Assembly (NCBI GenBank): GCA_040954595.2 | Contig: CM082577.2 | Span: 16,375,903-16,439,902, forward strand | Origin: Balanoglossus misakiensis | Lineage: Eukaryota; Animalia; Hemichordata | Length of the DNA: 64,000 bases | Direction of reading: 5' to 3' | In this document: positions 54,901-64,000 of the stretch, in pieces | How positions within the stretch are numbered: position 1 is the first letter of the stretch | Layout: every line of letters begins with the position of its first letter | Notes under the pieces: generated by a model | The model's input: the letters and a program-made list of their open reading frames with translations, nothing else | Database searches by the model: none | What the model was told of the DNA's origin: nothing | Program-made: the position numbers and the translations under genes

Positions 54901-57900
54901 AATGCAATGAATGAGTACAAGTCTTCAGCAATGGAGGATAGGGAGACTAAAGGTCCTGTGATTATGTTTTCAGTTCACCACAGGCAGTCAATTGACATGA
55001 AAAAGTTCCTAACTGTTTAGCAAACCTCTCGGAAATCTTTCTTATTTTTCTACCGCTAACCACACAGTCTTCCCTCTCGAGAGATTGATTGTCAACTTTT
55101 TCATGACACCTTATGATCATGAAATTTCAGTTTGAATCAAGCCCCACATGTTTTAGACTAGTGTGGCTACCACATTATAACTGTTTCAATTAAAAGCCAG
55201 TCAAATTAATGCCTAATTTTGTTGGGTTAAACAATTTATCATGCCCTCATAAATAACATTTTCATCTTTCAGAAAACCTGGACTAAGGACAGATAAAAGA
55301 ATCATTACAGATGAACACAGGAGAGTCTACTATGGCATGGCCATCTTTCTATATACATGTAGCACCAAAATGACACAGATTTCTTGACAATGTTACATGT
55401 TTACTGTGTTTTTCCAACTTGACGAGTCAAGTGCTTGGTAGTTTATTCAACATCTTGAGTGTAGTCAGTGGCGATGACATGAAGTCTGCACTTTTTAAAT
55501 TGACATATTTTTTGTCACCTTTTAGATCTTGGTTTCAGTAATTGATTGATTCCTAAGTGCTTAAAACCACAACATTGTGAATAGGAGTCGAAGCAACCGA
55601 GGACACCTTACCTCAGGAATTTTTCCTGATGTTGAATAGACTGGCTGTGCCTGTGAGGATGTGGAGATGGGTGGTGCAGTGGCTGGAGTCATCTCAGCAC
55701 TTGCTGGGGCTGATGGAGTTGCGGCCGATTTCTGCTCCTCGTGTTTCTGTTCCCAATAGGAACGGTTCAGGTAGCGGGCCAGCTATCAAGGGTCAACACA
55801 AACATGGACACTTGCTTTAGGTGTGGCAATTCAAGTACATCTGAATGTTTCATTGTCTCGCGATTTGTCTGCCTAGTTTCAGACCCATGTTGATTCCTAA
55901 CTACAACTTTTCATTGTAAAAAATTATATCTGCCACAATTTATCCATGATACAAGCACTAAGAAAATCTCGCTTTTTAACCCTATGCAGCCCAGCTCATT
56001 TGCATAACAATGCACAGTGGAGACCAGAACTTTCCACTCAAATTAGAAAATATTATTCAATGACTGACAGTGATTTCTTTTCTTCAATATAACCAAAATT
56101 GAGCTAAAAATTGACTATAGCAACATATTTCCATATGAAAGCTAAAAAAATGGGCTCTCAAATGATGCTAAAATGATTATGAAAATATAACAATTCCACT
56201 ACCTTTGACCTTACTGAATATTCTTGAACACGGTTTAGAGAAAATTTTATTTTTTTTGTTCAGCAACTACAGTTTGTCTTGGAATCAACATGAACAAAAT
56301 ATAGAGTCTGGTTGTCTTATTTATACTATTTATTATAGTTTTTGTTATCCCTTTTACACTTCTGTGTTGTAACATGACATTTATGTCAGTTGCCAGTCAG
56401 CTGAACTGCTCGCGCTCAAGCAGTAGCCGGTATGATAACATGCAACTATGTTCATTGCAATGCATACGCATTGAACTCCCACTCGACTGGTTTTACAGGC
56501 ATTTATATCATATGGCCGTTTTCTTTGAATTACACCGTAGCCTGATCAATGGACAGCTCCTAAAATGCATAAAACTTGGCTAGAAATGATAAATGAACGA
56601 TCTCTAACAGGGGCCGGATTTTGAACACGCGATCACGATCAGGTCACCTCAGGTCGAAACAAGGTCATTGTTGTTTACATGGAAAATACTCGCAAAGTTT
56701 TTTGTATCTGCTCATTAGCATGATCTTAGCGATGCCTGGTACTTGAAATCTGTCACCAGTGAACTAATTTGACGTGTGGAAAACAGCGAACACGTATAAA
56801 AATATTCACGTCAATATTAAAACTCCCGTATATTTCATCAGCCTTGATTTTAGATTCGAGTCAGCAGCGTGGACTTGTTGACATTGTGTAGCACGATCTC
56901 GTTGGCAAGATGCTTCATAAAATTCTGGGCAATCAACTGCCAAAAAATGGGTACCTATTTCCAAACAATGGTTAGGACCAGATTCCGAAAAAAACAGTGA
57001 TAATTTAATAAAATTAAATCTCCGATATTACCAACGAACGTTGCGCAAGTCGCCCGGTGCTTCCGGTGAAAGTTCAACGGCCGCAGCCTCAAAATTCAAA
57101 ACTTCCCATTCCCGTTCATGTTCATCAAAATCGCTAGCAGTTTCAACATTTTTTAGTCCTAAAAATTCTTCCTAATCGTCATCCTTAAGAAAAATCAAAT
57201 TATTTCGGCATATGCCACAATTTTTCTCACAAAATTCGAGGTAGGTCAAGTCAGTTCTGTCAACAAATGTCGTGAATAAATTAACTAAAAATAATCGGCA
57301 GCATCCTGTAGCGTCCCTTGAGATTAAATCGCTGATAACGGCAAAAGGTCAAATGGTCACATGATATTTTCTTGGCGGGAAATGAGAGCCTATCATATGT
57401 TTAATACGTCATTAGAAAAAGATAACACGTATTTCACAAGAAACCGTTACGTATCCCACACTTTTTGAATCGCCCGATGTTCTGGAATCATCGGACGTGT
57501 ACGGACGATGTGGTTTCTCCCGTATGGGACATCTGAGGGCGCTGTAGACAGCACAGGGTTAAGGACTGTCAGTGATCACTTTGACAACTTTCTGTTCCTT
57601 GTCAGCGACTTGTTTTCTGGAATGAACATGTCAGCTAAAATGGAACCATCTGAGACAAAAGAGATTTGTTGGTTATCAGTGAAACTGATTGTTGACCAAC
57701 ATTTCAAATCACTACTCACCTCGGGATCCATGTCTGCCGATTGAGAACTGCTGGTCTAGTTGAGAGAAAATAAAATAATGATTAGAAATTCCATGGTGTT
57801 TACGCAGAAATACCATATTGAAAATATTTACTTCAATTTTGACTGAAATAGCACTGAATAAATTCATTATTTCATTTGAAAGTCAACAGAATTAAAACCA

Positions 57901-60900
57901 TAACAAAGTTGTGCTTTGAAAACTTTTCATGAACATTATTTCCTACAAACATTTTACGTATAATGCAGCATTTGCACTTTTCACATTTCCTGGAAGCACA
58001 AAAATTGCCATCCATATCAAATCAACAATTTTTGTGAAAACGAAAAGAAATTCATCATGGCTAGGGGGTGAATTCCCTGTTCATGACACAGCAACTTACC
58101 GTAGTCGAGGAATACAGTGAACTAGATGCTGATGTAGTTGCAGTTGTTGAGGGCGCCTTTTTATCTTTACGAATTCGCTGCACAAAGGAGACAAGATGGA
58201 TTAGTCAGTAATGTAGCCTAAAAAGTAAAAGTTGCTTATAACATAGAAGAATATTTGCATGATAGGGTGGGGATTGGTCATCCAAAAAAATTGGCAGCAC
58301 ATGAATTTCATTAAATTAGATTACACTGTCAATGTCAAACAAGAAAGCCTTACTAATGACTCTATACTGTTAAATCTTTTTTCAACTCGAAACCATTTTG
58401 ATCACAATTATCACCCTCAGAGATTTCTTGTGATTAAACAATGACAGCACCCATATTGTTTTGAAAGGTTTGAGGATTTCTAGAAATATCTCTGAGTCAG
58501 CCCTATACCTTTGTATGTTGTGTGGATAATTTTCTTGAGTGACTAGTGAGTCAGTGGCGCGTCATATGGCCTTAGAGGGCAAACTGAATGAGACATACCA
58601 GGGGTGATCTCAACATGTATTTCCCAAATTGCATAAACAATAGATGATCGTCAAAAAAACACACACTATAAATAAGTTAATCTACCAAAAAAGTACAGAA
58701 TTGAGCAGCAGAGTTGACTTGCTCAGTCTGGGATCAAACTGGAGCACTACCACTCAACAAAACGGTCCTGAGAGGTTTTGGGAATGGCTAAATGTTTCTG
58801 TCCAAGAAAACTCATATGGGCAAATAGCAAATAGATGAAACCCAAAATTCAAATGCATTGGACACACACCTCAGTACAATCAAACCCATGTGCATGCAAC
58901 ACTCCTAGAGTAACGACTGAGAGGTGATATCCATGGTTGGATTTGAAGCAATTCCTACCTCTTTGTTTTCAGCTTCATCTAAGGACAATGCCATTGCTAA
59001 CTGCAAGTCTTCCTCTTCTTGTAATTCCAGTTCAGTTTTTTGGGCCGGTACCTGCCGTGTTGTGCAAGGAAAAATTAATAAAATACTATGAGATTAAATT
59101 CAGACGATCATGACATCACAGACTTATGGCTGTGAAACAAATCACAACCTGTTCAGAACACATTTTTTAACTGTACCACTACCAGTAACTGGTACCAGTA
59201 ATTGAAATTTTCTATAGATACAATGTAGCATCCTCAAAAAGTCTGAAGTTCCTTTCAGACTGCAAATATGCAGCACTAGTATTAGTTTCAATCTTCCATC
59301 CAACCAAAGTGTTTACAGACACTGTGATCACCCCCCTCCTCCCCCCCCCCCCCCCCTTTTAGAAGCCAAACAAAAGCAGAAATGACATGACGACAAGATA
59401 TGGCCTAAAGAAATTCATAAATTCATGGATTGGTGCGCGTGTGCGTTTACCTGGGGTTGCTGCGAAAGAGGGCTGGCTAGGTATTCAGCTGGTAAATCGC
59501 TATCACTAGAACTCTTACTTCCTGGCCTGCAACACAAACACACCAGTCAGAAAGGGATATTATTTAACAACAGTAACACACAACAGGTAGGTACAAAGAG
59601 AAGTTTGAAAAACTGCAAAATCCAGATAACTGCAGTCCTATTTGCACACTACAACCCCACCTGAAAACATTGCAGGATGTCCTTTCGTATGGCTGCATGT
59701 GGGCTAGACTATCAGAGAATGTATGCCACATATTGGTTTCTCAACACATACAGTGGTGATACTTGCAACAATCAGAGATCTGACCAGCTTTTTATGAAAG
59801 GACAGTTCATATACTTGATCTATGATTTCAAAGTGTGATACTGAACACCTATTGCCTGGCTATGAGGGCCATAGCAGCCGTTTATTACCCACGAGGGGCT
59901 GTGAGTTACCAAAATCATATGCTATTTCCCGAGGCCATAAGCCGAGGGAAATAGCATATGATTCTGGTAACTCACAGTCACGAGGGGGTAAAAACGGCTG
60001 CTATGGCCCGAATATAGGCCAGGCTATAGGTGTTTTATAATAAACCTCATGCTAACAGCTGGGAAAATCTTGCAATTTTCTCTTGAGGTTGGCAGACGAC
60101 ATCTTCCGCGGTGGCCATTGTGTCAGACGACGCGACGCTGATTGACGTGACCGAGTCTGCGCACTCACGCTGGTCACGTGACCGGTTTATATTTTTTCTG
60201 CTATTTCCCTAGCGGTTCATAGTCGATTCTATTTTCCTATCACGTGACGGATTCTGGCGAATCACAACACAGTATTAGCATGAGGTATATTATAAATTCA
60301 GTTATGTAACTCACACTGTAACACACACACACACACAGCATGTGAAAACATGTACTCATGACCTATGCTTTACGGTTGGCATTTTAAAGGCAAACTTCAC
60401 ACTAGCTTAAAACCACATCGCATTGTTTCTTACTACTGTCTTAAAGGGACAAAGTCTCTCTCTCGCTGCCCCTTTTACATTAATTACATGTATGTTTGAT
60501 ACAAGACACCATTTATTTTATTCTACATGTGGATATACAGTGATTCAACATTCGACTACACACAATTTCCATCCCACTTGTAGACACGAGAGTGAAAAAC
60601 TCGCCAAAATGAATAATTGGTATTTACAGTTTATTCATTTTGACGAGATTTTTACTCTCATATCCTATTTAAGTGAAGGGTGATTTTATACCTCTAAGTC
60701 CCTGCTAACGAGTTTTTATCCAAATTTTGATGATTATTTAGAGGTTATAAACGGCTAGCGAGGGTATTTGGTTGCGGATATAAGACCTCTCAGGTGAAAA
60801 TTAGCATATTTGGCGGGCAATAATCACCGATCGTAGCCATTGATCATTTGAATGAAAACAGGCATTTTGTCTCAAAATTATTCACCTATTACAAAGTTAC

Positions 60901-63598
60901 ATACAGGAATCCTGCATGTTTCATAACAATGGTCTTTTGTTATGCACAACAGCGTTAGATAATCAATGCACTGGTCATTTTGCAAAATTGAAAGTCAAAA
61001 TCTTTGAAGTTATTTAGACTTGTATACTTTTTGTATGTGGTTCACAATGCTACAATACATTTTCTGTTGGTCACCTATGCCTTTGCACATTTGGTCATTT
61101 GTTGTGAGAGCCCCTTGGGTTGCCCAAGATCTTGGATGACTTCATTTGTACACCACTACTGAATCTATTCAACACAAATAGAGTCAGCAAAGTGACCAAA
61201 GTTAAGGTCAGTGATGATCACAAATGAGTGAAGAGAATAAACAACTTACTTGTTGATCTTCTCATAGCAAGCTTCACAAACCCGGACTTCTTTTTCAATA
61301 CCAAACTTGGGTATGGTGGAAGTCTTGGAGGAGCATTTGCTGCAGAATACTTGACCACAGTGACGGCAATGGTGCTGTAAACATACAGAGATAATTGTTA
61401 GTGCATCTCCATCATTTTTTGTACGTTACAGTTCTGAGAGATTCTCACTGTGAAAGTGAAGTCCTTTAATATATTACTAGTCAGTTCACACAAAAACCTG
61501 GATTTTTGAGCTTGGTGTGAATTTTGTATTTGATTACCATCTTTGTGACTGTGTGTGGTTTTTTGGAATGCATATTTCATGGATTCCACTACTCTTTGAA
61601 CTGGGTTGACATTAAAATGACAAATAACATGCATCTGGCACTTCAAGCTACAATGGCTGTAACTTTTGGCTGCTTTCTTTCATACTATTTTCAATGCAGA
61701 TTCTTGATTGACTTTAGAGACCACAAGTGCCCAGTATTTGGTTTGTCAACAAAGCCAATGAATACCACTGACACAGTTGTTTTTGCAGAACATTGACATT
61801 ACAATACACTGAAAAGCAGAAGTGGTTTTCATGTGTACAGCGTTTCATTCAAATTCAGGATTTCACCGAGAAAACATCAACTTCGCTTTGTGATTTATTT
61901 ACAAAACGGAATAAACCCTGAGCTCTGATAAGTGCCCTTACCTTTCTTTGAACCATTCCAAATTCTACTCTGCATCTGTGACACACATCACCATCAACCC
62001 ATTCTGGTGCCTGAATACAAACAAAAGCCAATTATTATCATCTTCTCTCACACATTAACTCTACATCACTAGGTTACATTAATTGTCTCCTGCGCTTCTG
62101 GGAAGATGGCATGCTTTTCCTTGAGAGATTTGAGATATTGGTTTATGTGGTGAAATGAAAATTGAGAAATTAATTGTAAGTGTGTTGTGAATTACAAAGT
62201 TGGATAATATCACCCATTCTAGGCAAATTTTCTGATGGTATTTTTTGGTTCTTACTTATCATACAATATACCAAGTATGATCTGATCCGATGTCTTTCCC
62301 AGTGATTCCATCACTATAAGTGTCACACAAGCAAGGTAAATTCAGTGTTCCCCCCTTGTAATATCTGAGATAGAATTAGCCAACGTGCACAACAATATAA
62401 TGTTTATGATGATGAGCTTTCTCGTGGTTTCCAACAATTAAAGGGCAATAGCTGCAACTTTCCAACATTGCAATAATATTATTTCATAACAGACTTCATA
62501 CATAATCTCGCTTACATTTTACTATGTGTCACATGTCAAGTTTGTGTTGCCCAATCATGTGCACACAAAAAGCAAACTTATGACCAACTCTGTCCGTGCA
62601 GAGTTCAGAAAGCATGAGTTTTAAAGTCATCAACATGTACAGGTTTACATCTGTGTATTGCATCAGAGAATACAAAAAGATGAGAGTGGACGAGCAAAAT
62701 GGATAGAAGGGAAAGTTTTCAATTCTTGGATGAGTTACACGACACACATCTGGGCTGATCACACTTAAGTAAAAGCAGGAAATACATAGTTTCTGTCTCT
62801 CTGAGCTGTCAATCAACTCAAATGTCCTGATATGACATTTCAAAGACTCCTATGGGGCGATTCAAAGTGATTTAGGGAGAAACAGATGTACAGTGCATGT
62901 TGATACTCTAGTGACCCGTCAATAGAAGGATATCGTACCTTATCAGCGACAAACATAGCATCACTTTCTTTCATGGGAGGAAAAGTGTAGCCTGTGAAAA
63001 GAAATATAAGCACAGGGATAAACATTGACAGTTATGAACCTGAATTGACGTTACAATACTGAAAGCATCTTTATCTAAAGCTATCTGTCACCTTAAAGAT
63101 TTCATCTCCACACCTTGCTAGAGGTAAACATTTGAAAAGAAGAGTGGACAATAACACTCTGTTTTATTGTAATTTAAATGGGCGTGTATGACATGGTTTA
63201 GTCCTGGTACAAGGCTGTGGCAGTCGCCATCTTGTAGCCTAGCCACGCTTGTTCCACCCAACCAGCCCCCTTGCTGTTTCTTGTTTGTTTCTTCACTGTT
63301 TCTTCTTCAGTATCGATTGTTGTATTTCAGGTTGGCGTATAGTGTATTTGGCTGTTTAGCCTGAAAATTTGTCAATAAAGACAGTTGACCTTTGACCCCA
63401 AAACACAGGAGGGTCTTTTGTGTCATTTGATTGTAGATGAGCTATACATTGAAATTTAAAGAATTCCAATTTCTTACCTTCCATTTTCATGAGATGATAT
63501 GTATCTTGAACTATCTTTAAATTCGGTTCACTGCGGAAAGCGTGGGACCAGGTCTGAATTAATTCCAATATTTTATTTTTGGTTTGTTCACTGCCAGT
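45946..63598 (-). CDS. HGS: Hepatocyte growth factor-regulated tyrosine kinase substrate (Hrs, ESCRT-0), 5' part outside window; exons 63598-63478, 62991-62939, 62010-61942, 61374-61250, 59526-59451, 59051-58959, 58177-58100, 57755-57720, 55782-55612, 54879-54675, 54338-54166, 53734-53555, 46560-45946
   Basis: End of VHS ([14 protein letters not shown]), [15 protein letters not shown] ([14 protein letters not shown]...[13 protein letters not shown]...VRVCEACY), UIM ([17 protein letters not shown]), [17 protein letters not shown] motif, helical core ([22 protein letters not shown]; [22 protein letters not shown]), Q/P-rich tail and C-terminal clathrin box LISFD*. Confidence 0.97.
48100..49940 (+). 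pseudogene. Degenerate Zator-type (TP36/ISAzo13-related) DDE transposase with one intron (49060-49394)
   Basis: Reconstructed frames: [29 protein letters not shown]; [26 protein letters not shown] (D1); [13 protein letters not shown] (D2); [37 protein letters not shown] (E); after the intron [23 protein letters not shown] and a C-terminal CRHC..F.S..H..H zinc finger. In-frame stops at 48232 and about 48938, plus frameshifts. Confidence 0.85.
50500..50715. mobile_element. Helentron/DINE-like non-autonomous fragment nested in the Zator-like element
   Basis: gccatatttg..caccaaatatcaag..ggacggacatacaga followed by a (CATC)n(CATA)n microsatellite, an arrangement typical of such elements. Confidence 0.45.
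50771..51716 (-). pseudogene. BEN-domain protein gene inside the transposon, frameshifted at a poly-G run
   Basis: [25 protein letters not shown], then a frameshift in the 18-nt run 51001-51018, then [48 protein letters not shown]. This is a typical BEN pattern (L+..+F+.EEL..S...G / LD...+.AI / I+.KC). The upstream S/T/P-rich low-complexity region is also broken. Confidence 0.75.
51925..52110 (-). mobile_element. Crypton tyrosine recombinase (DUF3504-type) fragment
   Basis: [56 protein letters not shown] matches the ERxTKTRxG..KP+MY...RCPV...RP block of Crypton/ZMYM/KCTD1-type proteins. Confidence 0.8.
53329..53517. mobile_element. Kolobok-like MITE copy in HGS intron
   Basis: TTAA flanks at 53325-53328 and 53518-53521. 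Same core as 18227-18410. Confidence 0.8.
55980..57558. mobile_element. piggyBac-like non-autonomous element (about 1.6 kb) in HGS intron
   Basis: TTAA|CCCTATGCAGCC ... GACAGCACAGGG|TTAA. Interior is CpG-richer than the flanking intron. No transposase ORF. Confidence 0.7.
59851..60295 (+). mobile_element. Non-autonomous hairpin element, copy 2 (in HGS intron)
   Basis: Same sequence and orientation as 1093-1539 with scattered substitutions. Confidence 0.8.
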
Positions 63599-64000
63599 CT
63601 GGGGGATTGAAACACAGTGTGTTAATTGACTGACTGATCAGCTGACGACTGATTGAAATATGAAATAATTCAGATGAATATTCTACATGTATGGAATGGG
63701 TTCTGTCATTCAATTCAGTAAGACATAAATGTTGAAATAACCACAGCAAAATACAACAACAATAAAATAATTTTTTCTCAAATCTCGTTTTCCATATATA
63801 GCCGCTTCTCTCATTGTATGAATACTAATGAATGGATATACATAGGCATGAAACTAGAATTATTTTTATAGTCAAATGTACAGTTTTAGTCTCTAAGAAG
63901 GCAATTATCTTTCAAAAAATCCTTGACATGTTGCAATTTCTTCACAAGAAGAGAACAGAAAAATCTGCAGCAAAAAGCACAGCCACAATCTACATATCCA

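Overview
AT-rich, intron-containing animal genomic DNA, most likely a marine invertebrate (inferred from the repeat landscape; the taxon cannot be fixed from this window). Three conserved spliced genes can be reconstructed exon by exon: ATG5 (-, 7 coding exons, 270 aa), DPY19L3 C-mannosyltransferase (+, 16 coding exons, about 742 aa, head-to-head with ATG5) and the 3' part of HGS/Hrs (-, 13 exons in window, tail-to-tail with DPY19L3). Two loci stand out. (1) A head-to-head inverted pair of PDIK1L/STK35-like Ser/Thr kinase genes (5206-6300 and 9306-10328). Their kinase domains and upstream DNA are almost identical, but one copy has a 3-nt cluster change turning DFG into CFG, and the C-terminal tails are clearly diverged, which suggests a kinase/pseudokinase pair under gene conversion. 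(2) A 6.1 kb TIR element in the last HGS intron carrying a decayed Zator-type DDE transposase, a convergent BEN-domain gene and a Crypton recombinase fragment. Introns and intergenic DNA hold many non-autonomous DNA transposons (AcademH-, Kolobok-, piggyBac-, Tc1/mariner-, Harbinger/Zator- and Crypton-like). All coordinates, alignments and family calls were made by eye, without database searches.
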